64,000 nt of DNA from Octopus sinensis (lineage: Eukaryota): assembly GCF_006345805.1 (NCBI RefSeq), contig NC_043001.1:31248001-31312000 (forward strand), read 5' to 3'. Position numbers and translations under genes: made by a program. The notes under the pieces are model-generated. The model ran no database searches and was not told where the DNA came from. It was given only the letters and a program-made list of their open reading frames with translations. Positions 25,451 to 36,858 of this stretch are shown here, piece after piece (position 1 is the first letter of the stretch; the number at the start of each line of letters is the position of its first letter).

Positions 25451-26944
25451 ACTAATATGGTAAGTGCTTAATTTTGGGGGCTAATTTCATACTGTTGTTG
25501 AGCCGCTAATCAGTTCTGATGGATCAGAGGTAAGACCGATGCATTCAAGTTGTGGCTGTGACGTCTTTTGAAGTAACTAGGGTTACGTTATCTGAGGCAG
25601 CTTTAATATGATGGTTAGTCATATGTTCTTCACTGGCTGTTCACAATATTAGGTAGGCTGTGTGTGTAGACGATGACCACACTAAAGTTCGAGTTATTAA
25701 ATATCTTAAGCTGCGTCGTTATATTTACAAATGTACACCCAATAAATTAATGGAACAACAAATACTGGATATTATGAAAGTGATGCAAGGAATTTTAATT
25801 ATTGCGTATATTTTATGTGATACTCGATATTACAAGTTAAGGTGGGTGCTTTTCGTCGCGTAAAAGAGTAAAAGAGTATAACAAGCATATTACATTAAAA
25901 AAATGAGACTAAGTCGCTGAGGCAAACAACATAGATTACTCTAGACGGCTGGCGGCTCTTGATCTGAGTTTGAATTCGCCAGGAAAATTGGCGAGATACT
26001 ATCTGATGAGAGAAACGCAATATGACTCATATAAACTTGGGCTCAAGTTGAATTCGTTCGGTTATTTATTACTGTCAGCCCCTAATTTCTAGGATCTTCG
26101 GCCAGACTGTTTGGCGCGAAAACTTGCTGCGTTAGTTCAGCTTGTCTCATAAGCCATTACAAGTTAGCTAGTACTGATTAGTAGGACCATATTCATGTCG
26201 GCGTTAATACATTTAATGGCAATGCTTCTCTTTTTATGGAAATACATTAGTCCGTGTCTCTACACTGGGAAAATCTGAGTTCTGGTTCAAATCAGTCAGT
26301 GTCTCTCTATATGTCATTTGTTTTTTAAGACGATATACGACAGTATGAAGAAAATTCGACTTCAATTTCTAGCATGCTTCACGTAAAGGACTCCCCCCCC
26401 CCACTAACTCGACGAAGTCCGTAAAAACCGAACGTGGGACCCAGTTTCAATTTCGATGAGGAATTCATTTAGATAACTTACGTTATTAAGGCCCCCTCCA
26501 CTCCAAACAGCGGTAGCATTACAAGAACTTCACATATGGTGCTCATACTAATACAGTGACGTGTGTTTATAAAGGAAATTAATACAAACACGACATATGT
26601 CACTTAGTACGACATAAGTGACTCTGTTTTTTTTTATATATAATCCAGGTAGAAATAATTACATTTTATTTGTCAACTTGAACGAGTATAATCTTTTTTC
26701 TTTCGTTTTATAATCTTTAGCCGTTACGGCTACGATCATGCTAGAGTACTGCCTTCAGAGGGGTGTGTGTGTGTGTGTTTTCATTCTTAGGGTTTCTCGC
26801 TATGTGCGGTCCATTTTGGAGGAGTGAATAATCACCTTCGAATAAACACATAACTTCTGCAACACGTATAGAGTACACTTTCTTCCGTTTCTATAATCCA
26901 AACGTTTATGCGTGAGAACACGCGCGCGCGTGCGCGCGACTCTT

Positions 26945-27297
26945 TTATCTTTTACCTGTTTCAGTCATTAGACAGCGGTGATGATGGGACCCTGCCTCGA
27001 AGGGGCTTAGTCGAGCAAATCGACACCAGTGTTTATTTTTAAAACCCGGTACCATTCTACTGAACTCTTATGCTGAAACACTAAGTTACGGGAACACTAC
27101 CACGTGACGACGGAAAAAGGACAGACAAAGGGATTAAGTCAATTACATCGACCCCAGTGCGTAACTGGTACTTTATTTAATCGACCCCGAAAGGATGAAA
27201 GGCAAAGTCGACCTCGGCGGAATTTGAACTCAGAATGTAACCGCAGACGAAATACGGCTACGCATTTCGCCCGGCGGGCTAACGTTTCTGCCAGCTC
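26945..27297 (-). mobile_element. Adjacent SINE fragments (3' half of the microsatellite SINE plus a monomer of the 11713 family)
   Basis: tgtttcagtcattagacagcgg...taagttacgggaac is followed by atcgaccccgaaaggatgaaaggcaaagtcgacc...gccagctc. Confidence 0.75.
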
Positions 27298-28659
27298 ATA
27301 TATACACGATATAGGAGCGGATCCGTTAAAGGCACAAAAGGAAAAGATGGAAGCGGTGTTAATTCACGGACAAATATCGTTCAGACATGTGAAAATTGTT
27401 ACAACATGTGAATGTTGGCCTGGATGTGCTTTACTGGATTTATTTCATTACAGTACTTCGTTATGCTGAGTTTAAATATTAACAAGATGGAATTTGCTGA
27501 GGTCAAATGAAATAAGTACCAGTGAAGATAATCGGTTCAAAGAGTACAGTGTGCAATAGTCATCACCATTGATATTGTGCCTAGTAAAAAGATACCAATA
27601 TTAGTCAATATTTGTCACCTTATTTTGGGGTAGTTGACCTCTTCAAGGCAACCTTCTCAAATAGTCACAGTTGCCAGTAGCATAACTGTCATGTCGGCTC
27701 TGTGTTGTCGTCATCACGAAACTCAAGTGAAGTAAAGACATTATGCAACTGTTACGTAAATAAGCACGTTTTAGTGACTCAATATCATGATATTAGATAT
27801 ACACTATTACAAATTTCCTGACGAGAAAGAAAGAGTAAAAGAAACCGAAAGAAAATGAGAGAGAGAGAGAGAGACAGAGAGTGGGGTGTATGAGGAAAAC
27901 GGTAGATGATCCACGCTTGCTTTAAATTGCTTCTCTCAAGCGTACGCAATCGTTCGCCAGGAGTATCACATTCTTCATTATATCAATTCAGGTTTTGTTT
28001 ACTTCGAATTACACAAACATTAACGAAACAGTTAGTGAGGGTCTCTTGTTTGCTGACGCTGTGCACAACAAAAGGTCAGAGGGAACTGACATTAACCAAC
28101 AAAAGTAGACATCTGACAAGGGCTGCAACATGAAACTAAAACACAACTCCACCTTCAACAACCATTCGCCTCATCAGGCATTTATTTTGCAATGCCAACA
28201 ATGATCAAACTCGCCATCAGCTTAGATATACTAGCGAAGAAAATTATGTGGCGTGTTTATAATATGGTGGTAGCGATTGTGCAAAGTATTGGCGGTGGTG
28301 GTGAGTTACTGAGTACTGCGTGTTTGTGACTGTAAACCGATCCAAAGGACAATTTAGGATGACTTACTTAACCTTACACCACCATTATAGCTATTAGGTA
28401 GATAGAGAGACAAAGAGGTATACAGTTAAAGCAAGAAAGAAAGATATATATAGTTATAGATAGATAGATAGTTAAAGATAGTTAGATATATATATAGTTA
28501 TATATATATATAGATAGATAGATAGATAGATCATAGGCCACTTAAATATCGGTCGACAAAACAGTTGAATAATGTTATCTCTCAGAATACATGCGCTGGA
28601 GCGTTGGATCAAATGACACACACACACACATTTATATATGATGGATTCTCTTGTCGTGG

Positions 28660-29272
28660 GGGTTCAGTAAAATAAAGCGTTAATCATGTTCTGTGGACAC
28701 GAATGTGTCCCTTGAGACCTGCTGGTGCCTGCAAACCTTTTTTGGTAAATGGAACAAGTTGAGGACTCAGTTTGCTTGAGCGCTTGTCGATCATTGACAA
28801 TGTGTTTTCTTGAGTGGATGGCAAGATTTGTTTTGCTTTGTGCCAAAAAACCACAATGACAGGTAAGGTTTCCATTAAGAGGAGCAGCGTTTTGCCAGCG
28901 TGCCTGCCTTCACGCCTGCTCGAAGTTGGTCCCGATGCTGGTGGCGACTTTGCTCCAATCTTTGACCTGAGAAGCAGTACAGGTGCCAGGTCGTGCGTTT
29001 TGACGCTTTGTTTTCCCCAGGAAGAAAAGGGAATGTTGCATCGCTTCAGATAGTTTTACACTATTTGATTCAACGCTCCGGCGCATGAATTCTAAAAAAA
29101 ATAACGGCATTCAACTGCTTTGTAGTCTGATATTTTATATATTATAATTGTTGATTAATTGCGTCAGGAATTTTCCAATACAAATTTGTAGTTTTACATT
29201 AAAAATGTTAATTTTGCCATAATATTGTGTATGTGTGTGACAAAAAACGAAATTACTTTTTTGCCAACCCTG
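28660..29272 (-). mobile_element. Probable Tc1/mariner end with decayed internal sequence
   Basis: The minus strand starts TA-cagggttggcaaaaaagtaatttcg, which is TIR-like, followed by a relatively GC-rich broken reading frame. I found no partner TIR. Confidence 0.4.
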
Positions 29273-29884
29273 TATGTATGCATGTATGTATGCATGTATG
29301 TATGCATGTATGTATGCATGCATGCATGTATACGTATGCATGTATGTATACATAAATATATATACACACAGTTACATAACCACACATACACATATACATA
29401 CATAAGCATATATGTATATATACATATTCATACATATATGCATAGTCTCGCTATGCCTTATCGAAATATCAAAATGTATGTATGTATAGATAAAGATTGT
29501 CAGAAAAATTCGTTCTTTATATATCTAGTTTAGTTATTTGAATTTTATTTTGTTTATATTTATTTATTTGTGTCATCTCTACTCTTCATCTGCAGCATTT
29601 GTTTAATGCTTTTGAAAGTTTTAAAAATTTTAACTCTTTGCATACACATTACGCTGGAATGTCAAGTAGAAAGAAAAAAAAAACACGAATTTATCTAACA
29701 ACCCAATATATTCTTTTATTACGGTTACAAAAACTCTTCACAAACTGTTTCTCAGAGCTTCCGTTTACTGTTAGTCGGTCAGCTGTCATCATACAAAACG
29801 TTGTGAAGATTTTTGCAGCTTTAATAAAAACATGTTACTCTTAACTTCGGTATTCGAGTAAGATATTATATATACATATATGAA

Positions 29885-30220
29885 AGCGCATGGCTCAGTG
29901 GTTAGTGCATCGAGCTTACGATCGTGAGGTTGTGAGCTCGAATCTCGGACCGGGATGCGTGTTGTGTTCTTGAGCAAGACACTTTATTTCACGTTGCTCC
30001 AGTTCACTCAGCTGTAGAAATGAGTTGCGACGTCACTGGTGCCAAGCTGTATCGGCTTTTGCCTTTCCCTTTGAAAACACTAGTGGCGTGGAGAGGGGAG
30101 GCCGGTATGCATGGGCGACTGCTGGTCTTCCATAAAACAACCTTGCCCGGACTTGTGCCTGGGAGGATAACTTTCTAGGTGCAATCCCATCGTCTGTGTC
30201 GTGACCGAAGGGGGTCTCAG
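29885..30220 (+). mobile_element. tRNA-headed SINE with a conserved-type central domain
   Basis: Head gcgcatggctcagtggttag...ctcgaatctc, centre ttcttgagcaagacactttatttcacgttgctccagttcactcagctgtagaaatgag, and 3' end gtgaccgaagggggtctc. A partial copy lies at ~57585-57790. Confidence 0.8.
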
Positions 30221-30340
30221 ATATATACATATATATACATAGTTAATCCAAACATGAAAACACAAAGAGAAAACACAACAACGCGAGGACGGGGAATAAG
30301 TATAGTGTTATTGGACGCTCAGGAAAGGAAAGAAAGAAGG

Positions 30341-30376
30341 ATTTAACGTCTCGAGCGGAGCTCTTCATCAGAAAAA
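30341..30376 (-). ncRNA. Minimal hammerhead-like motif in a short Penelope-type repeat (GAAA>GAGA)
   Basis: Minus strand: tttt CTGATGA a gagc tcc gctc GAgA cgt T aaa. Confidence 0.5.
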
Positions 30377-30684
30377 TAGGAAAAGGAAAGGTCCAAGGAA
30401 GGGAAGGCGGAGGAAAAAAATCGTGGTCACATATAGGCGCGGGCGTGGCTGTGTGGTAAGATGCTGACTGTATGTATTCTGCATATTCATATATTTGTGT
30501 GTGTGTATGTTTGTGTATGTACCTCTGCTTCCTTGCGTGTGCGTGTTTGAGGGTGTCTATGTGTATGAGTTTGTGTATATATATCCGAGTTTGTATGATT
30601 GTGTATAGAACAATATATTAATCAATGAAATTCCAACTTTTACTATTTGCAATTTTTACAATTATACAATCTTACAATATTGAA

Positions 30685-30726
30685 ATAAACTAGTACTTTC
30701 ATGCATTACGCAATCATCAGGTTTAT
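30685..30726 (-). ncRNA. Minimal type I hammerhead ribozyme
   Basis: Minus strand: ataaac CTGATGA ttgcg taa tgcat GAAA gtac TA gtttat. Confidence 0.72.
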
Positions 30727-30788
30727 GTAGTGACAGTCGTTTTCCACAATTGACACAGTTGTGGATTGTGGGACACGATTGTCCCTAC

Positions 30789-30830
30789 ATAAACCTGATG
30801 ATTGCGTAACGCATGAAAGTACTAGTTTAT
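30789..30830 (+). ncRNA. Minimal type I hammerhead ribozyme
   Basis: ataaac CTGATGA ttgcg taa cgcat GAAA gtac TA gtttat. It has a 6-bp stem I, the stem III palindrome AGTACT, and a CUA triplet with predicted cleavage after 30824. Confidence 0.75.
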
Positions 30831-30899
30831 TGCAATAAACTAGTACTTTCGTGCGTTACTAGTACTTTCTGAGAAGAAAATAGGAAAGATGATGAGTCC

Positions 30900-31300
30900 A
30901 AGAGAGGAGGACGTTAAGATTTCTTGTATGTAATTCTATTTCACCAGGTGACTGAAAAGACCTTCTGGAGATGCTGGATGTTGAAGGACTCGATAGATTT
31001 AATATACCGTTCATACGTATGGTCCATGTCTCACACCCAACAAGGAGATTGGGAACACAAGCTGCTCAGTGGACAAGAATTTTAATATATAGACTAAGAT
31101 GGTCGTTTTGAATGAATCTCTTTCTGAGCCTTCCAGAGTCTTTCAACAGCCTATCTGAGGCAGTTCAGTATCTTCTAGTCCAATGTGCGATCACTGGAAA
31201 TGATGCCACCTAGGTTTACTGAACTGAAAGGTTGTGGGTAGACAGCCATTGACAGATGACCTCAGTTTTCTCGGTTTCAGTTTTCACTGGCTCTCAGATC
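30900..31300 (-). mobile_element. Old RTE (BovB-like) LINE RT C-terminal fragment
   Basis: Broken minus-strand frames give LGGIISSDRTLD*KILN, LSLYIKILVH*AACVPNLLVGCETWT and IESFNIQHLQKVFSVTW*NRIT. Confidence 0.75.
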
Positions 31301-32012
31301 CGTTCTTTTATACGCTGTATCTGCTGGTTTGATGACAACCAGAGAACAGCATACTGTAGTTAGCTGCAGTATATCATATTGTAGTTCAAGGATCTATAAA
31401 GGTCTGAGCTAGGTAGCGACCTACTGCCTTCTGATGTTGAAGATTCCTGTCGAGTCTTTTCAATATATTAAACAGTGCGTATAATGTGTGATATGAATAC
31501 AGTTAGGAGCACTTTGATAATTAGTAGATATCATTTGAGGTACAAGTACAAAAGTTGAATGTCATTCAACTTTATAACACGTATATTTACATAAATACAT
31601 ACAGAACATACAGATATACACGAACATAAATACAAACACGCACACACATTATCAGAAAGTTGTATACGCAACACAAAGCGCACATTATTATCTGATTACA
31701 AATATATATCTTTATCTTATATTAAACTTTTAATACTTTTTGATAGTATTAAAAAAAAAAATAATAAATATTAAATAAATAAAAATAAATAATATATATA
31801 TATATTTTTATAATTTATAAGTTTAAATTATTAATTTAAATAATTTAAAAAAAATTTAACTTTAATTTAAATATTAATTGGATTTTTAGATTTTATATAT
31901 TTTTTAATTAATTTATTTCTATGCATTGGCTTATGATTTTCACTGTTTGATTTGCCTAATAGTGGTTTTATCTCTAATTTAATATAATATATATATATAT
32001 ATATATATGTGT

Positions 32013-32061
<49 letters not shown>

Positions 32062-32516
32062 GTTGTTGTGTTGTTGGCATCCTTTTGTCTCAGGAAACAA
32101 TGAAGTTGCGCATAAACTAATCCAGTCTGGTTTTTACATTTCATGTCCTCTCCAGTTTTGCGCAGCCCTGGGCTGGATGTAAGAAAATCCTGGGTAGCCC
32201 AATCGCCAGGATTCCTCTCTCGACCTTGCTGACGTAGTTCAAAGGGGTACAGAGCATTACGTTTGGCACCAGCTTGCTTGCAGGAGCTGCCGGAAGAGTG
32301 TCAAGTCGAACACTAAACCGCCTACAGGGCTCCACTCCGTATTTCTTTGAAGATTGTCTCCTTTCCGTAACCCTACATAGGGGCCCATACAGGGTACTGT
32401 CAGCCGGAGCCAGCTGAGCCCGGGACTCGTGTCAGGCAGGGTATTCACTCCCTGAAGTAGTGAAGAAAATCGCTATCCACTACCTAATACATACACATAT
32501 ATATATATATATATAG

Positions 32517-32551
<35 letters not shown>

Positions 32552-32640
32552 TAAAATATTATTTGAGACAAAACCACTATTTTGCAAACAAACAGGAAAG
32601 ACTTAATCAATACATAAAATTTAATAAATAGTCAAAAAAA

Positions 32641-32686
32641 CCGCCACTACAATCGTTTCTTGTCTTGATCGACAATCTTCAGGTGG
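32641..32686 (-). ncRNA. Type I hammerhead ribozyme with an intact core
   Basis: Minus strand: ccac CTGAAGA ttgtc gatcaa gacaa GAAA c gatt g TA gtgg. All three stems pair and the triplet is GUA. Confidence 0.75.
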
Positions 32687-32812
32687 ACTTCCAATCTAAA
32701 AAATCAAAATTTTAAAATATAAAAATAATACTTTTAAATAATTAAAGTATAAATGAAAAAATATAAGTATATAATCCATATATAAACCTATATATAATCC
32801 ATATCGAAAATA

Positions 32813-33865
32813 TAGACTAATTACCACGAATTCCCTAAAAAAAAAAAAAAAAAAAAAAACCATGATAAACAAAACTCTTAAAAACATATAACGATAAAAT
32901 CTCCCTTTGCTAAACTCTATAACAAACCTATAAAGTAAACCCCTAACCTAAACATTCACACACAAATACACACACGTAAACCACAGACTCACGACTTATA
33001 CACATACCTATACTAACTTATAAACCTCAATATACAACAAAACCCACTCCCTCCCCACACAGACAAATTAACACATACATCCAAAACCTAAATAACAAAC
33101 CCATATACACATTCACACACAAAACACACACTCACACGCAAAACACTCACACACAAAAGATATACATATACTCCCTCACATACGCCTATACATACTCACT
33201 AAACTCGACATATACAACAATACTTACACACCCACAAAAAACAATATACATTTATGAGCTTTAACTCACCTTAGCATCTCTAACAAACAACTTGCAGTAA
33301 CCCAATCCCATTCTCTATACCTACCTCACTACTACACTATTCCATTCACATTCCAAGCAACGCTAGTCCACCACCCGGTTATTCACGTGGTAAAACGAAC
33401 ACCACTCAAAAATTATGAATGAAACAATGTAAAAAAATAACCAACACCTAAAATAGACAAAATACCACGAATTACCTAAAAAAAACCATGATAAACCAAA
33501 ACTCATAAAAGCATATAACGATAAAATCTCCCTTTGCTAAACCCTATAACAAACTTATATAGCAATCCCCCTAACCTAAACATTCACACACAAAAAACCC
33601 ACACGTAAACCACAGACCCAAACTTATACACAAACCTATACTAACTTATAAACCTCAATATACACCAAAAACCACTCCCTCCCCACACAGACAAATTAAC
33701 ACATACATCCCAAATCCTAAATAACAAACCCAAATACACATTCACACACAAACACACACACACACAAAACACATACACAACAGATACATATGCTCCCTCA
33801 CATATACGCATATACATACTCACTAAATCTCGATATATACAACAATATTTACACCCACACTCATA
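32813..33865 (+). repeat. Two diverged ~420-bp direct repeats in a strongly G-poor (A/C-rich) tract
   Basis: Units at ~32813-33235 and ~33454-33860 both begin tagac..a.taccacgaatt.cctaaaa...accatgataaac and share cgataaaatctccctttgctaaac. Confidence 0.85.
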
Positions 33866-34414
33866 CAGATAAATAAATTAATTATACAATTAAAAACTCA
33901 CAACCAATCTCATATACATAAACACTCTTATGAAAACAACAATAAATACATCGTAATTAACCAGAATATCAAAAATAACATTATGACATAAGGATAAATC
34001 AAATACATACTTACAATTCAGTTACAAATACTGTGAATCTTTCCCGAGGGAGAAGGAAAAAATCGGGTTTACCATATATATTCCGGAAACGTCGGAAATA
34101 ATTTGGTCTTGATATTTCTAGAGAGAGATGAATCACTTTGAATTTCAAATATATGCTGAATTATTAAATTATTTGGTTAAAAGCTGCTTGACAAGACTCA
34201 TAGATGGATCGATATCATTATATTGTCTAGTTATCATATCCTTTCCCAAAGACCCAATGGCATGATAAGGACCACATCCGGAACAGGATATCTGATGTAC
34301 TATGACTAGTATTACAGCTAATGAAAATTGTACATTATAAAACATTTCGTCGTGTGTGTGCGTGTGTGTGTGTGTGTGTGTGTTGATGGATGATGTGTAA
34401 GTAGAAATACATCA

Positions 34415-34812
34415 GAGCTGGCAGAAACGTTAGCACGCCGGACGAAATGCTTAGCGATATTTCGTCTGCCGTTAAGTTCTGAGTTCAAATTCCGCCGAGG
34501 TCGACTTTGCCTTTCATCCTTTCGGGGTCGATAAATTAAGTACCAGTTACGCATTGGGGTCGATGTAATTGACTTAGTCTGTTTGTCTGTCCTTGTTTGT
34601 CCCTCTCTGTGTTTAGCCCCTTGTGGGTAGTAAAGAAATAGGTATTTCGTCTGTTTTTATGTTCTGAGTTCAAATTCCGCCGAAGTCGAGTTTGCCTTTC
34701 ATCCTTTCGGGATCGATAAATTAAGCACCAGTTACGCACTGGGGTCGATATAATCGACTCAATCCGTTTGTCTCTCCTTGTTTGTCCCTTCTTGTAGGCA
34801 TTAAAGAAATAA
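34415..34812 (+). mobile_element. Dimeric SINE (11713 family)
   Basis: Head gagctggcagaaacgttagcacgccgg plus two body units. Confidence 0.85.
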
Positions 34813-35315
34813 GAAATACACACATATATATCTAACGAGTAGGTTAGTACGTAGTTTTTTGTACAGCTAAAAATAGCAGCAAATCACCCTCAAACCACAT
34901 CCTACTGTTTCAGGAAAAGACATATCGCATTATGTAAGCCCAAGTACATTATTCCTGAAAAAGTGGAATGGTCATGGTTGGAATGCCTTTCAATTAGGAC
35001 TAATTTGGTATTAAATGACAATAACAACTTGAGGATTTTGCTACGGACTCAGAAATCCTCCACAAACAACAAACTACTGTCTTAAAAGAAGGACATATTG
35101 AATCATGTAGTGTGCGGCTCGCTTTGCCTTAAAAGAAAGAAAAAAGGTAGAATGGTAATGAGTAGAATGTCTTTGATTTTAGATCTACTCAACTAGGAAA
35201 ACTTGGGGCAAAACAACATTATAATCAGCAACAACAAAAACAACTTGAGACACTTGTGATAAACTGAAAGATCATTATTTTACTCTGAAGACTTGAGCGC
35301 CGCACTGAATGCCTG

Positions 35316-35737
35316 GGATCTTTTCGGTTTGAACGGCAGTTTTTCTAGCGGTGTCATATGAAATTGTCACCCATAATTATGACCCTAGAATCGATCTATT
35401 GCATTTCAATCTGTTTTAGGGTTAGGATTAGTTAGGGTTGGGGGGAAGGGTGTCTTTTTTTTTTCACAAATGTAAATAAACCCAATCTGTTTCTTAAACG
35501 AGGGACATATTCATACGGCACAGAATGTTTTTTTTACCTCAATAGACGTCAATGATTGGTTGAAATTGCAGAAATTGAAGGAAAAAAACAACAAATATCT
35601 TACAAACTTTAGAATTTTCTCAATAAAGCCAAGAGAAAAAGATGCTTTATAAACACATTCTACTAGTATTCGAAGTTTAAAATTTTTTCGTTACCTAGAA
35701 ATTATGTTAAAAACTGCCGTTCAAACCGAAAAGATCC
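35316..35737. mobile_element. Merlin-like MITE, copy 4 (opposite orientation to 14169/16263)
   Basis: Perfect 29-bp TIRs, an exact 8-bp TSD AATGCCTG at 35308-35315 and 35738-35745, and internal ttaggg repeats on the + strand. Confidence 0.9.
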
Positions 35738-36454
35738 AATGCCTGAATTTTTAAACCACTTTCGTTTTGTTTGTAAGTGGAATTTGCCTTTCCTTCCTTC
35801 TGGATTGGTAAATGAACTACCAGTAAAATACTAGGGTCTGTTCAGTTACCCATAACGTCTCCATAAAAAAAAAAAACTGGGGCCTGTGTCTCATCAAGAC
35901 AAATCATTATTAATTAGTGAGTTGACAGAATCGTTTAAGCGGTATTTCTTCCGTCTCTTCACGTTCTGAGTCCTAAATTCCACCGAGGTCAACTTTGCTT
36001 TTCATTATTTCAGTCAATAAAATAAAATACTAGTCATGTACTGGGTCGATTTTTATCGACTAATACCCTTTCCCTGTTATCGCTAGCCTTTCCCTAAGTT
36101 AGAATCAATTATTTATTGGTGGATTGGCTGAATCGGTAGAGCACCATACCAAATGTCTTACACTGTTATTTGTGTATCTCTACGTTCTGAGTTCAAATTT
36201 TGCCGAGGTCGTTTTTGCCTTACGTTTACCCACCGTTTATAAAATATGTGCCTTTCAAATACTGGGCTTGATACAGTCGTCCGACGTCACTTCTACAATG
36301 TATGATCTTGCGTCGACGTTAGAAACCATTATTTATCACTCCATATTACAGTAACGAGCACCATATTGTAAGATGTTATATTTCAGGTGAACCGAATTTG
36401 CAACCCGATATCGATTCATTGACATATCTATAACACGTAAATGCGCTTTAAAAA

Positions 36455-36858
36455 GGCGCAGGAGTGGCTGTGTGGTAAGTAGCTTGCTTACCAACCACAT
36501 GGTTCCGGGCTCAGTCCCACTGCGTGGCACCTTGGGCAAGTGTCTTCTACTATAGCCTCGGGCCAACCAAAGCGTTGTGAGTGGATTTGGTAGACGGAAA
36601 CTGAAAGAAGCCCGTCGTATATATGTATGTATATATATATATGTGTGTGTGTATGTTTGTGTCTCTGTGTTTGTCGCCCTGGCATTGCTTGACAACCGAT
36701 GCTGGTGTGTCTACGTCCCCGTCGCTTAGCGGTTCGGTAAAAGAGACCGATAGAATAAGTACTAGGCTTACAAAGAATAAGTCCTGGGGTCGATTTTCTC
36801 GACTGAAAGCGGTGCTCCAGCATGGCCGCAGTCAAATGATTAAAACAAGTAAAGAGAG
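36455..36858 (+). mobile_element. Full-length tRNA-derived SINE with internal microsatellite
   Basis: Runs from ggcgcaggagtggctgtgtggtaag to ccagcatggccgcagtcaaatgattaaaacaagtaaagag. Confidence 0.9.

Noticed and set aside
26001-26025. ctgatgagagaaacgca hammerhead-like string
   Set aside because: It has no stem II and no U16.1/stem I pairing.
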